In this document: in pieces, positions 51,181-61,489 of the stretch
Layout: each line of letters opens with the position of its first letter
Numbering within the stretch: the stretch's first letter is position 1
Assembly (NCBI GenBank): GCA_021780755.1
Contig: JAJXYF010000010.1
Span: forward strand, 173,238-237,237
Reading direction: 5' to 3'
DNA: 64,000 nt
Origin: Deltaproteobacteria bacterium
Lineage (GTDB): Bacteria; Desulfobacterota; Binatia; Binatales; Binataceae
Made by a program: the position numbers and the translations under genes
Notes under the pieces: model-generated
Seen by the model: only the letters and a program-made list of their open reading frames with translations
What the model was told of the DNA's origin: nothing
Databases searched by the model: none

Positions 51181-52539
51181 ATGAACCAGGCCCTGATCAA
51201 CGTAATCGGCGCCGGCTTGGCCGGCAGCGAAGCCGCATGGCAAATCGCCCGCCGTGGCGTGCGCGTGCGGCTCCATGAGATGCGTCCGGTGCGGATGACC
51301 GAGGCGCATCAGACCGGCATGTTCGGCGAGTTGGTCTGTTCCAATTCGCTGCGTAACGATTCGATGGAGACCGCGGTCGGCGTTCTGAAAGAGGAGATGC
51401 GGCGGCTGGGCTCGCTGATTATCGCGACCGCCGATTCTGTTCGTGTGCCCGCCGGGTCGGCGCTGGCGGTGGACCGCGAGGAATTCGCGCGCATCCTCAC
51501 AGAGACTCTAGCCGCCCATCCGCTGGTCGAGATCGTCCGCGCCGAGGCCACCGCGATGCCGGCGGAGCCAACCATCGTCGCGACCGGCCCGCTCACCAGT
51601 CCCGCGTTCGGCGCCGCCCTCAATCAGATCGTCGGCGAGCGCAATCTCTATTTCTACGACGCCATCGCACCGATTGTTGCCGCCGCCTCGATCGATATGA
51701 ACGTCGCGTTCATGGCCTCGCGCTGGGGCAAGGGCGGCGAGGACTACATCAATTGTCCGCTCGATGAGGCCCGCTACACCGCCTTCGTCGCCGCGCTGAT
51801 GGCGGCTGAAAAAGTCGCGGCCCATTCCTTTGAGAAGCAGATTTATTTCGAGGGCTGCATGCCGATCGAGGAGATCGCGCGCCGTGGTCCGATGACGCTC
51901 GCGTTCGGCCCGATGCGCCCGGTCGGGCTGGCCCATCCGCGCACCGGCGAGCGGCCGTTCGCAGTGGTGCAATTACGTCAGGACGACGGTGCCGGCCGCC
52001 TGTTCAACATGGTCGGCTTCCAGACCAAGATGACCTATCCCGAGCAGCGCCGCGTGCTGCGCATGATCCCCGGCCTCGAGCGGGCCGAGTTCGTGCGACT
52101 CGGCTCGCTGCATCGCAATACCTTTATAGATGCGCCGCGGCTGCTGCGCCCGACCCTCCAGTTTCGCGGGCGCGATGACCTCTTTCTGGCCGGCCAGATG
52201 ATCGGCGTCGAAGGCTACGTCGAGTCGGCCGCCGCCGGCATGCTCGCCGCCATCAACGCCGCGCGGATGGTGACCGGGGCCGAATTGGTGGTGCCGCCGC
52301 CCGAGACGGCACTCGGCTCGCTGGTCGCCTACGTCACCGACGCCGGCCGCCGGGATTTTCAACCGATGAACGCGAATTACGGCTTGATGCCCGACCTCAA
52401 GAGCCGTGCGCGCGGACGCGAAAAGAAAATCGAAATGGGCGCGCGCGCAATCGCCGCGTTCGACCATTGGATCGTTCGCAACGGACTCGATACGTCCGCC
52501 TCCGCTAACGCCGCTGCCGCCGTGGACGCGCCCGCATAG
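51181..52539 (+). CDS. trmFO: methylenetetrahydrofolate--tRNA-(uracil54-C5)-methyltransferase
   Basis: FAD-binding [13 protein letters not shown]-terminus. Gid/TrmFO-like throughout. 452 aa. Confidence 0.9.
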   Translation: MNQALINVIGAGLAGSEAAWQIARRGVRVRLHEMRPVRMTEAHQTGMFGELVCSNSLRNDSMETAVGVLKEEMRRLGSLIIATADSVRVPAGSALAVDREEFARILTETLAAHPLVEIVRAEATAMPAEPTIVATGPLTSPAFGAALNQIVGERNLYFYDAIAPIVAAASIDMNVAFMASRWGKGGEDYINCPLDEARYTAFVAALMAAEKVAAHSFEKQIYFEGCMPIEEIARRGPMTLAFGPMRPVGLAHPRTGERPFAVVQLRQDDGAGRLFNMVGFQTKMTYPEQRRVLRMIPGLERAEFVRLGSLHRNTFIDAPRLLRPTLQFRGRDDLFLAGQMIGVEGYVESAAAGMLAAINAARMVTGAELVVPPPETALGSLVAYVTDAGRRDFQPMNANYGLMPDLKSRARGREKKIEMGARAIAAFDHWIVRNGLDTSASANAAAAVDAPA

Positions 52540-52560
52540 GCTTCCCGTACTGGTGAATTC

Positions 52561-53493
52561 GTGAAACTGGCGACACTCGACGTCGGCACCAACACCGTAC
52601 TGATGCTGATCGCGGAGCGCGAAGCGAGCGGCGCCGTTCACGTCATCGCGGACCTCGCGCGGATCACGCGGCTCGGCCGCGGAGTCGATTCCAGCGGACA
52701 GCTTGATCACGAATCGGCGGCGCAAACGCTCGCGGCGATCACGGAATTCGCGCAAAGAGCGCGCGCGCTCGGCGTCGAGAAAATCGTCGGTGTCGCTACC
52801 GCCGCGTTGCGCGACGCTAAGGACGGTGCGGACTTTCTCGCCCAGGCCAAGGAGCGCGCCGGTGTCGATCTCGAGATCATCACGGGGGAAACCGAAGCCC
52901 AGCTTTCCTATCTCGCGGTCGTCAAAGGGCTCGCGCTCGACCCTACCGCCAAAATCCTCATCGTGGATATCGGCGGCGGCTCGACCGAACTGATTCGCGC
53001 GGAGCCGGGTCGCAAGCTCGAACTGGTAAGCCTGCGACTCGGCTCGGTGCGCCTGACCGAGCGCATCGTACACAACGATCCTCCGACCGCCCGCGAAGCC
53101 GCCGACCTCCGCCTCGTCGTCAACGACGCGCTGCAGGAACTCGCCTGGGATTTCACGCCCGACGTGATGGTCGGAATCGCGGGAACCGTCACGACCGTCT
53201 GTGCCGTGGCGCTCGGGCTCGCCACCTATGACGCGAAAATCGTTCACGGCCATCACCTCTCGCATGGCGATGTGCTCGCCGCCCTCGCGAAGTTTGGCGC
53301 GATGGCGCTGGCCGATCGCAAGCACGTGCCTGGCCTCGAAGCCGCGCGCGCCGACGTCATCTTCGCCGGCGCCGCCATCCTCGAGCGCATCATGGGCCAT
53401 TTCCATCTCTCCGAGGTTGTGGTGAGCGACCAGGGTGTCCGTTGGGGCCTGCTCTGGCGCATCCTCGAACAATCTCCGGCCCCCGCGACTTGA
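52561..53493 (+). CDS. Ppx/GppA family exopolyphosphatase / guanosine pentaphosphate phosphohydrolase
   Basis: GTG start. ASKHA-fold motifs (LDVGTNT, DIGGGSTE). 310 aa. Confidence 0.85.
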   Translation: MKLATLDVGTNTVLMLIAEREASGAVHVIADLARITRLGRGVDSSGQLDHESAAQTLAAITEFAQRARALGVEKIVGVATAALRDAKDGADFLAQAKERAGVDLEIITGETEAQLSYLAVVKGLALDPTAKILIVDIGGGSTELIRAEPGRKLELVSLRLGSVRLTERIVHNDPPTAREAADLRLVVNDALQELAWDFTPDVMVGIAGTVTTVCAVALGLATYDAKIVHGHHLSHGDVLAALAKFGAMALADRKHVPGLEAARADVIFAGAAILERIMGHFHLSEVVVSDQGVRWGLLWRILEQSPAPAT

Positions 53494-53585
53494 GCCCGCG
53501 GTGTGGCGCGTCGCGTGCGTCTGGCCCAATGCTTGCGCTGGTCGGCATGCCCTTGTACCCGGATTCCAGATGGAGGGCCCGCAAG

Positions 53586-53855
53586 ATGACCAAGGCGGAG
53601 TTGATCGAAGTGCTCGCTCGCGCCACGCGCCAGCAGAAAAAGATCGTCGCGACGACCGTCGAAATGACCTTCGATCAAATTGCCCGCGCGATTCGCAAGG
53701 ACAAGCGCTTCTGGATGCCCGGCTTCGGCACCTTCTCCGTCCGCCGCCGCAAGCCGCGCGCCGGATTCAATCCGCGCACCAAAACCGCGATGACGATTCC
53801 GGCCGCTCGCACGGTCGGCTTTCGCCCCGCGCCGAAGCTGAAAAAAAGTCTGTGA
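53586..53855 (+). CDS. HU/IHF family DNA-binding protein
   Basis: MTKAELIEVLA... with the conserved beta-arm GFGTFSVRRRKPRAGFNPRT. 89 aa. Confidence 0.8.
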   Translation: MTKAELIEVLARATRQQKKIVATTVEMTFDQIARAIRKDKRFWMPGFGTFSVRRRKPRAGFNPRTKTAMTIPAARTVGFRPAPKLKKSL

Positions 53856-55378
53856 ACGCTGGCCCGAGTCACGCTCCGGCCCCGCCGGAAATCTCCGCCG
53901 ATTCGCGCCGCGATTCCCGCGAATTTCCGACTCCCGGCTGCGGCACCCTTGCGATACTGGCCCTCGCGCTCCTCATCGGCGGCGGTCTGCGCTTCGCCGA
54001 TCTCGGCCGACGCGAAATGTCCGCCGACGAAGGCGCCTCCTGGGCGGCCGCCTCCGCCCCGACCGTTCACGCCGTCCTCCTCGCCCAAAGCACCCTCAAT
54101 CCCGGCAAGGCCGGACTCCATGACCTCGCATTGCATCTCTGGATTCGTGCGTTCGGCGACCGCCTCGCCACGATGCGGATGCTCTCCGCGGCCCTCGGCA
54201 CGCTCGCGATTGTGCTGGTCTTCGGCACCGCGCGGGAACTTTTCGCCGCAGGCATCAATTCCGCCGTCGGCACACGCCCCGATGCGCATCGGCATGATGA
54301 AGCCGCCGCGATCGCCGCACTCATCTTCGCGGTCAACCTCGTCACCATCAAATATTCGCGCGAAGTGCGGATGTACCCAATCGTCATTGCGGCCGTCGTT
54401 GCGCAGACCTGGTGCTTTTTCCGCGCGCTGCGGCGTGGACGTTTCGCCGCTTACGCCGGGGTCGCGATCTTCACCGCGGTCGCGCTTGCCGCGCATGTGA
54501 TGGCGGCGCTGGCCTTCACCGGCGAGGGGCTATGGCTGGCCGGCGTACTCGCGCGCGATCGCTTCGACTTCGCCGCGATGCGCGCGCGGCGCGCGCTTGC
54601 CCTCGTGCTCGCCCTCGGCGCGGGGGCCGCGATGCTAGCGCCACTTGCCCCCGCCATCATTTCCGGTGCCGCCCACGCCGCCGATATCGGCGCCATCGAT
54701 TGGATCAAGCGCCCGCCGCCATGGGCGCCCTTTGCGTTGTTCAACAAGGCCACCGGCAGCGTCGCGTTCCCCGTAATGGCCGCGCTCGCGATATGGGCTG
54801 TGGTCCGCGGATGGCCCCGCTGGCGCGACGCGATCGTCTTCGCGCTCCTTTGGATGTGGACACCGCCGATCGTCCTGATGTTCGTCTCCTACGCGATTCG
54901 CCCGGCCTTCGTCGAGCGTTACCTGATCTCATGCTTCGTCCCATTCTTCATCCTGATTGCGATCGGCGTCGCCGAACTCCGCACGCGTTCCGTCCGCCTC
55001 GCCGCGATCGGTTTGACGGTGGCCCTCGCACTTGGTCACGTCGTCGCATGGGATCGCAAACCGCATGACGCGCAATGGCGCGAGGCCGCGCGCGCCGCCG
55101 CAACTTCATTCACTTCGACAACTTCCAGTTCTTCGAGCTTAAACAACGCCACGCTGGCCGTCGCTCCCGGCTATGCCGTCAACGTCGTTCGCTATTACTT
55201 GCAAGCGGATTCCGCGACACCAACGGCCCATCCCGCCGCCGCGATCGGCCCCGATCCTGCACCCGTGGTTCTGATCGGCGACCAGGGTGTCGCACCCTCG
55301 ATGGCCGCCACGCTCGATCGCGAATACCCGCGTCCGCTGGCTAATCTGCGCGGGGTCATGGTACGGGGACGTTACTAG
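53852..55378 (+). CDS. GT-C fold glycosyltransferase, family 39/83-like (PMT/ArnT-type, polyprenyl-phosphate-sugar dependent)
   Basis: Multi-TM protein with an N-terminal LRF.DLGRREMSADEGASW motif resembling the DE-containing first loop of PMT/ArnT enzymes. GTG start overlaps the HU stop; start is uncertain. Confidence 0.6.
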   Translation: MNAGPSHAPAPPEISADSRRDSREFPTPGCGTLAILALALLIGGGLRFADLGRREMSADEGASWAAASAPTVHAVLLAQSTLNPGKAGLHDLALHLWIRAFGDRLATMRMLSAALGTLAIVLVFGTARELFAAGINSAVGTRPDAHRHDEAAAIAALIFAVNLVTIKYSREVRMYPIVIAAVVAQTWCFFRALRRGRFAAYAGVAIFTAVALAAHVMAALAFTGEGLWLAGVLARDRFDFAAMRARRALALVLALGAGAAMLAPLAPAIISGAAHAADIGAIDWIKRPPPWAPFALFNKATGSVAFPVMAALAIWAVVRGWPRWRDAIVFALLWMWTPPIVLMFVSYAIRPAFVERYLISCFVPFFILIAIGVAELRTRSVRLAAIGLTVALALGHVVAWDRKPHDAQWREAARAAATSFTSTTSSSSSLNNATLAVAPGYAVNVVRYYLQADSATPTAHPAAAIGPDPAPVVLIGDQGVAPSMAATLDREYPRPLANLRGVMVRGRY

Positions 55379-55413
55379 ATGCGCGAATTTCGCCAAGCAA
55401 TACAGGTGCCCGG

Positions 55414-56274
55414 ATGAGCGAGAATACAATTGACCCGCAACAGTTGAAGGACGAACAGCGCCGCGACTGGGACGCCGCCGCGGCCGGTTGGAAAAAATGG
55501 TGGCCCGTGTTCGAGCGTTCCGCGCAGCACGTCAGCGATCGCCTCGTCGAATTGGCCGCCGTCAAAGCCGGCTCCCGCGTCCTTGACGTCGCGACCGGCA
55601 ACGGCGAGCCCGCGCTCACCGCCGCGCGTAGCGCCGGAGCCACCGGCCGCGTCATCGCGACCGATCAGTCCGCCGGCATGCTCGCCATCGCGCGCGAGCG
55701 CGCCGCCGCACTCGGCGTCGCCAACGTTGAATTTCGCCAAACCGACGGCGAAGCCCTCGCCATCGACGATCGCGACTTCGACGCGATCGTCTGCCGCTGG
55801 GGCCTCATGTTCATGCCCGACGTCAAGGGCGCGTTGCGTGCGATGCATGATCGCCTGCGTATCGGCGGCCGCCTCGCGACCTCAGTTTGGGCCGCCGCCG
55901 ACAAGGTTCCCATGATCAGCATCGGCGCCGAAGCGGTGCGGCGCATCGCCAATCTTCCGCCGCCGCCCGCCGACGCGCTCGGCCCGCTGCGCCTCGCCGA
56001 TGAATCGATCATGCGTGCCGCGCTCGCCGCGGCCGGTTTCAAAGACGTTTCCGTCGAGCGTATTCCGGTTACGTTCGAGATGGATTCAGCCGCCGATTTC
56101 GTGCAATTCCGCTGCGACGTCTCGGCCCAGTTCCGCATGTTGCTCGATCACCAGCCGGCCGACGTCCGGGCGAAAATTATCGCGGCGGTCGCGGACGGCG
56201 CGCGTGCCTATGCCGACGCGAGCGGACGCGTCCGCACCGTCAACGAAACCATCTGCTTCGCCGCCACGCGCTGA
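55414..56274 (+). CDS. class I SAM-dependent methyltransferase
   Basis: Motif I VLDVATGNGEP, and motif post-I/II. 286 aa. Confidence 0.85.
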   Translation: MSENTIDPQQLKDEQRRDWDAAAAGWKKWWPVFERSAQHVSDRLVELAAVKAGSRVLDVATGNGEPALTAARSAGATGRVIATDQSAGMLAIARERAAALGVANVEFRQTDGEALAIDDRDFDAIVCRWGLMFMPDVKGALRAMHDRLRIGGRLATSVWAAADKVPMISIGAEAVRRIANLPPPPADALGPLRLADESIMRAALAAAGFKDVSVERIPVTFEMDSAADFVQFRCDVSAQFRMLLDHQPADVRAKIIAAVADGARAYADASGRVRTVNETICFAATR

Positions 56275-56369
56275 TTCGCGCCGCGTCCTGCGCTCATCGC
56301 ACGCCCCCCCCCAACGTGCTGCCATAGCGATGACATCTTGGTATCGTGGGCGCGGAGGGGAGGTGCGCG

Positions 56370-56408
56370 ATGGTCCTGGTGGAGATCGAGATTCCCGGTC
56401 GCGTCTGA
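56370..56408 (+). other. 12-codon upstream ORF (MVLVEIEIPGRV) with strong SD, in frame with and 2 codons before the TTG start of paralog 1
   Basis: GGAGGGGAGG at 56355-56364, 5 nt before the ATG at 56370. TGA at 56406-56408. TTG at 56415 is in the same frame. Confidence 0.3.
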
Positions 56409-56414
56409 ATCCGT

Positions 56415-58067
56415 TTGACGATTCCGGCTTACCACACGCCTGCGGCCGCGACGCCTGATGGCGCGCCCGATACCGCGGCGGCGCCGCGCCGCTCGCTGCT
56501 CCGCCACGCGCCCGCGATCGTGATCCTGCTGATCGTGGTTGCCGACGCCGCGCAGTTTCCGGACCCCGACCTGTGGGGCCATCTGCGCTTTGGGCAGGCC
56601 GCGCTCGCCAGCGGTCACGTGATCGTCCGTGACACATATTCCTACAGCGTGGCGGGCGGCGTCTGGCGCAATCACGAATGGCTCACCGAAATAGTCATGG
56701 CGCTCGCCTACAACAGTCTCGGCGTCTTCGGGCTCAAGTTATGGAAGTTCGCCTGCGTCGCCGCGACCATCTTGCTGATGGCGCTCGCACTCGCGGAGAC
56801 CGGCGCTTCCCCCGCGATTCAGATGAATACGCTCGGACTCGCCGCACTCGCGATGGTTCCGCAAAACCAGTTCCGCCCGCAGCTCTTCACCTTCATGCTC
56901 CTTGCCGCGACGCTCGCGTTGCTGACGCGGGACAATTATCGCGGTCGCGCACCGCTCTGGTTGATGGTTCCGATCATGGCGCTGTGGGGCAATCTGCACG
57001 GCGGCTTCATCATCGGTATCGCGACCCTCGCGACCTACGCCGGCGTCGTCGCCGTGCGGGATTGGCTCGCCGGGCGCGGCCTCGGCCGCGCGCTCCGCCT
57101 CGGCCTGATCGCGCTCGCCGGAACCCTGGCGACGCTGATCTCGCCATATGGCATCAACGCATGGCTCGTCGTGCTGAACGCGCTCAAGCATTCCGCAACC
57201 CAACCCGTCATCGCCGACTGGCAGCCCCTGCTCTCCGCGATCGCCCTGGGATGGAGCACGCATCCGGCCGACACCATCTTCTTTATCTGCGGGGCGCTCG
57301 TGATGTTCGCGTTCGCGCTGGTCTTCATCCGCACACCGCAGGCGGGCGACCTTCCGCTCGTTGCCATCGCGGCGATCTTGAGCGTTGCCGCCTTCATAGC
57401 GGTACGGAACATGCCGCTCGCGATGATCGCGTGCGCGGCGCCGCTCGCCCGTCACGTGGAGTTGCTCTTTGCGCGCCGGCGCGATCGCCAACTCGCGCAA
57501 GGTCTCGCCGGCCCCCCGGCGACCGGCGCCGACGACGCTGTCGCGGCGGCTGTGTCTGCCGACGATCGACCGGGCTCCAACCCATGGCTGGTCGCCTCTA
57601 TCGCGATCGTCCTTGCGCTCGTCAGCGGGATCTTCTCCACCCACATTTCCGTCGGCGCCGAATCTCCCGTCGGCGCTGCTGCCTTCATGCGCCGGCACGA
57701 CCTCCGTGGCAACATCCTCAGCGCCTTCGGCAACGGCGAATATCTGATTTGGCACCTCGCGCCCGCCTCCCGCGTCTTCATCGACGGGCGCTATGATACC
57801 GTCTATCCGCAACGGGTCGTCGATCAATACCTCGACTTCATCAACGCGCGACCCGACGCGCTGGCCGTCCTGCAAGCCTATCCTCACGACTTCGTGCTGG
57901 TGTCGGCCAACGGTCCCGCGCTCGGCGTTATGCGCCATGCGCCCGATTGGACGCTCATCTACCGCGATCCGCACTGGGTCCTTTTCGCGCGGGCGGATTC
58001 GGCCGCGGCGAAAATGCCCGGCGTCCCCTTCACGGGAAATCCGCCGCCCATCAGTAATTTTCCATGA
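56415..58067 (+). CDS. large integral membrane protein, paralog 1 of 3 (putative GT-C-like glycosyltransferase; family not assigned)
   Basis: 550 aa, ~10 TM helices. Shares conserved blocks with paralogs 2 and 3 (DxDLWGH.RFGQ, HEWL.E, LKLWKFAC, RPQLFTF, LWxNLHGGF, C-terminal FIDGRYDTVYP). TTG start. Confidence 0.8.
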   Translation: MTIPAYHTPAAATPDGAPDTAAAPRRSLLRHAPAIVILLIVVADAAQFPDPDLWGHLRFGQAALASGHVIVRDTYSYSVAGGVWRNHEWLTEIVMALAYNSLGVFGLKLWKFACVAATILLMALALAETGASPAIQMNTLGLAALAMVPQNQFRPQLFTFMLLAATLALLTRDNYRGRAPLWLMVPIMALWGNLHGGFIIGIATLATYAGVVAVRDWLAGRGLGRALRLGLIALAGTLATLISPYGINAWLVVLNALKHSATQPVIADWQPLLSAIALGWSTHPADTIFFICGALVMFAFALVFIRTPQAGDLPLVAIAAILSVAAFIAVRNMPLAMIACAAPLARHVELLFARRRDRQLAQGLAGPPATGADDAVAAAVSADDRPGSNPWLVASIAIVLALVSGIFSTHISVGAESPVGAAAFMRRHDLRGNILSAFGNGEYLIWHLAPASRVFIDGRYDTVYPQRVVDQYLDFINARPDALAVLQAYPHDFVLVSANGPALGVMRHAPDWTLIYRDPHWVLFARADSAAAKMPGVPFTGNPPPISNFP

Positions 58068-59644
58068 CCGCCGCCGTCAATTCGCGCTCGCTCCCGCCCG
58101 CGGCCTCGCTCCTGCGCTACGCGCCCGGCCTCGTCGCACTCATCATCGTCATCGCCGACTCCGGTCAAACCACCGATACCGATCTGTGGGGTCACATTCG
58201 CTTCGGCCAGGCCGTCATCGCCCTACACCATCTCGTACTTAAAGACCCATATTCCTACACTATGTATGGTAGCCCGTGGAGCAACCACGAATGGCTCACC
58301 GAGGTCGTGATGGCAGCCGCCTACAACGCCTTCGGCGTGGTCGGTCTCAAACTGTGGAAGTTCGCCTGTGCCGCCGCCACCATGCTGCTGGTCGTGACCG
58401 GCCTCGCCGAAACCCGCGCCACCCCCGCCGCGCAGCTCAACACGCTCACCGTTGTCGCGATCGCGATGATGCCGCAGATGGAGTTTCGCCCCCAGCTCTT
58501 CACGTTCATGCTCTTCGCCGCGATGATCGCGCTGCTCGCCCGCGATAATTATCGCGGCCATGCGCCGCTGTGGCTGGTCATCCCGATGATGGCGCTCTGG
58601 GCCAATCTCCACGGCGGCTTCATCATGGGCATCGCCGCGCTTGCGCTCTACGCCGGTGTCGTCGCAATCGGCGATCTGGCCGGCGGCGCCGGTCTCGCTC
58701 GCACCTTGCGCCTTGCCGCCCTGGCCGTTGCCGCGCTCATCGCCACCATGGCCACGCCCTATGGCCTCGAAACCTGGAGCCCCGTCCTCCACGCCCTGCG
58801 CAATCCGATGACCCGCATCGCCGTTACCGACTGGCAGCCGCTGCTCTTCGCGATGCTCCGGCAGTGGCGCGCGCAGCCCGCCGGCGTCATCTATATGCTC
58901 TGCGCCGTCGCCCTGATGTTCGCCTTCGTCTCGACCGTCGGCCTCGAACGCCGCGGCGGCGATTCGCCACTCATCGCCATCGCCGTCGTCATGTGCGTCG
59001 CCGCCTTCGTCGCCGTGCGCAATCTGCCGCTCGCGATCATCGCGTGCGCGCTGCCGGTCGCGCGCCACTCGTCGCTGCTGTTCGCCCATCTGCGCGAGCG
59101 CGCCGAGGCCGCCACCGGCGAGAAATTTGACGCCCCGTCCGCGCGTTCTTCCACCAGCCCGTGGCTTGCCGGTGGCATCGCGGCCGCACTCGCCGTCTAT
59201 AGCGGCATCTTCTCGCCGCGCCTACGGATGGATAAACCGTATCCGTCGGGCGCCGTCGCCTTTATGCGGGCGCATGATTTGCACGGTAACCTCCTCGCCG
59301 ATTTCGGCTGGGGCGAATATATGATCTGGCACACCGCCCCCGCCTCGAAGGTCTTCATCGACGGCCGCTACGACACCGTCTATCCATACACGCTGATCGA
59401 TCGCTATATCGATTTCTACTTCGACCGTCCCGGCGCAGCGGCCGTCCTGACCGCATACCCGCACGACTTGGTCCTTATTCCTCCCACCTCCCGCGCCTAT
59501 AATCTGATGTCGCGGCAGGCCGATTGGAAAATGATCTACCGCGACGCCGGCAGCGCGCTCTTCGCGCGCACTGCTTCGCCCGGCGCGCATATCGCCGGCG
59601 TTCCCGTCGCCGGCAACGCGCCCGAGGTCGCCTACTTCCCATGA
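58064..59644 (+). CDS. large integral membrane protein, paralog 2 of 3
   Basis: 526 aa. The ATG overlaps the paralog 1 stop (ATGA). About 60% identical to paralog 1 by eye over the N-terminal half. Confidence 0.85.
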   Translation: MTAAVNSRSLPPAASLLRYAPGLVALIIVIADSGQTTDTDLWGHIRFGQAVIALHHLVLKDPYSYTMYGSPWSNHEWLTEVVMAAAYNAFGVVGLKLWKFACAAATMLLVVTGLAETRATPAAQLNTLTVVAIAMMPQMEFRPQLFTFMLFAAMIALLARDNYRGHAPLWLVIPMMALWANLHGGFIMGIAALALYAGVVAIGDLAGGAGLARTLRLAALAVAALIATMATPYGLETWSPVLHALRNPMTRIAVTDWQPLLFAMLRQWRAQPAGVIYMLCAVALMFAFVSTVGLERRGGDSPLIAIAVVMCVAAFVAVRNLPLAIIACALPVARHSSLLFAHLRERAEAATGEKFDAPSARSSTSPWLAGGIAAALAVYSGIFSPRLRMDKPYPSGAVAFMRAHDLHGNLLADFGWGEYMIWHTAPASKVFIDGRYDTVYPYTLIDRYIDFYFDRPGAAAVLTAYPHDLVLIPPTSRAYNLMSRQADWKMIYRDAGSALFARTASPGAHIAGVPVAGNAPEVAYFP

Positions 59645-59678
59645 CGCGCGCATCGGCTCCACGTGCGAGCGTTCGAGC

Positions 59679-61277
59679 ATGCGTCCGATGAAACCGATCG
59701 CCGCACCGTCCCTGCTGCGCTACGCGCCCGCCTTCGTGTTTCTCGCGGTCGCGATCGCCGACGCCGGCCGCGTCGCTGACACCGACCTCTGGGGACACAT
59801 CGCGTTCGGCCGGCTCTTTCTCCGTGTCGGGCCAGTCAGCCACGACCCCTACAACTATTCGGTGCCTGGGCATGCATGGGCGGTTCACGAATGGCTCGCC
59901 GAAGTGATCATGGCGCGAACCTACGACACTTGCGGAATCCTTGGCCTGAAATTGTGGAAGTTCGCCTGCACCGCACTGACCATCATCATGCTCGCGATGG
60001 CCGCGGCCGAGACCGGCGCCGCACCGCCCCTTCAGGCCGCCGTGCTGGTCACCGCAGCCGTCGCGTTGATGCCGTTGATGCAATTCCGCCCTCAGCTCTA
60101 TACCTACATCTTCCTTGCCGCCCTCATGGCGTTGCTGGCACGTGATAATTACCGCCGCCGCGCACCACTCTGGCTCGTTGTTCCGGTCTTCGCGCTCTGG
60201 GCCAATCTGCACGGTGGTTTCGTCATCGGCGTTGCCGTGCTGGCGCTCTATGCCACTATCGTGTCGGCCGAGGACCTGATCGGCAGGCGCGGATTTCGCC
60301 GCGGCACCCGTCTGTTCGGCGTCACCCTCGCGGGCGCGGTCGCTACGCTGGCGAATCCCTACGGCGTCTATGCGTGGTCGCACGTTCTTGGCGCGCTCAA
60401 CGATCCGCTCACACGCAAGGCCATGGTCGATTGGCAGCCGTTGATCGTTGTCCTCGCGAATTCGCACGGGCTCCATTCGGGCGTCATCTTCTTCGCGCTG
60501 GTGGTCGCGATTCTTGTCGTCCTCGCACTGGCCGTTATCATCACTGCGCGCGGCGGCGATCTCCCGCTGATTGCGATCGCGGCCCTGATGGGCGCCGCCG
60601 CCTTCGACGTCGTGCGCAATATGCCGCTGGCGGTCATCGCCGCGGTCGCACCGCTCGCACGTCATCTGCATCTGATCGGCATCAAAATGCGCGCCGCCTC
60701 CGCACCCGCTTCAGCTATCGCAGAACCTGGACCCGCCGCGGTCACCCCCGCCCCTGCCGCCACCGAACCCGGCCATTTCAACCGCGCCGGCCAAATCGTG
60801 ATCGTCGCGGGCGCGCTGGTGTTGACGCTGGGCAAAGGCGGTCTGCTGTCGCCACGACTACCGGCGGCGATGAATTACCCGGTTGGCGCCATCGCATTCA
60901 TGCGCTCGCACCAACTGGGCGGCAACCTGTTGGCGCGCTTCGAATGGGGCCAGTATGCGATCTTTCACCTCACGCCCTCCTCGCGAATCTTCGTTGACGG
61001 TCGCGTTGATCTCGTTTATCCGCCGCAGGTGATCGACCAGTATGTGGATTTCTTCGCCGGGGCGCCCGGCGGCGCCCGCCTGCTCGACCGCTATCCACAC
61101 GACTACGTCTTGATGCCGTCCGGTTCGCCGGCCGACCGCACCGTCTCCGCGCGACCCGACTGGCGGCTGATCTACCGCGACCCGGTCGCGGTGCTCTTCG
61201 CCCGCGCGGGCGCGCCCGCCGCCCGCCTGCCCGGCGTGCCGTTCAAGGCGGCCGCCCCGACTTCCGATTTTCCCTGA
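59679..61277 (+). CDS. large integral membrane protein, paralog 3 of 3
   Basis: 532 aa with the same conserved blocks. Carries an extra Ala/Pro-rich linker (ASAPASAIAEPGPAAVTPAPAATEP). Confidence 0.85.
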   Translation: MRPMKPIAAPSLLRYAPAFVFLAVAIADAGRVADTDLWGHIAFGRLFLRVGPVSHDPYNYSVPGHAWAVHEWLAEVIMARTYDTCGILGLKLWKFACTALTIIMLAMAAAETGAAPPLQAAVLVTAAVALMPLMQFRPQLYTYIFLAALMALLARDNYRRRAPLWLVVPVFALWANLHGGFVIGVAVLALYATIVSAEDLIGRRGFRRGTRLFGVTLAGAVATLANPYGVYAWSHVLGALNDPLTRKAMVDWQPLIVVLANSHGLHSGVIFFALVVAILVVLALAVIITARGGDLPLIAIAALMGAAAFDVVRNMPLAVIAAVAPLARHLHLIGIKMRAASAPASAIAEPGPAAVTPAPAATEPGHFNRAGQIVIVAGALVLTLGKGGLLSPRLPAAMNYPVGAIAFMRSHQLGGNLLARFEWGQYAIFHLTPSSRIFVDGRVDLVYPPQVIDQYVDFFAGAPGGARLLDRYPHDYVLMPSGSPADRTVSARPDWRLIYRDPVAVLFARAGAPAARLPGVPFKAAAPTSDFP

Positions 61278-61397
61278 GATTACATCGGGTTACGCCACCG
61301 ACGCGGGCTGCATTCGCGACGATGTCATCGATGAACGGCTGCGATGGGACCTTCTGGCGGACGCGCGCGCCCAAATGGCATACTGGCCGCTCGCCGC

Positions 61398-61489
61398 GGA
61401 GAGGTGGCAGAGCCCGGTTTAACGCGCACGCCTGGAACGCGTGTAGACTCGAAAGGGTCTCGGGGGTTCGAATCCCCCCCTCTCCGCCA
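61398..61489 (+). tRNA. tRNA-Ser (anticodon GGA), with encoded CCA
   Basis: 7-bp acceptor stem GGAGAGG/CCTCTCC, anticodon loop CCUGGAAC, long variable arm, T-loop GGTTCGAATCC, 3' GCCA. Confidence 0.8.

Noticed and set aside
51973-53529. 518-aa minus-strand ORF
   Set aside because: Antisense to trmFO, ppx and the HU gene; no family features.
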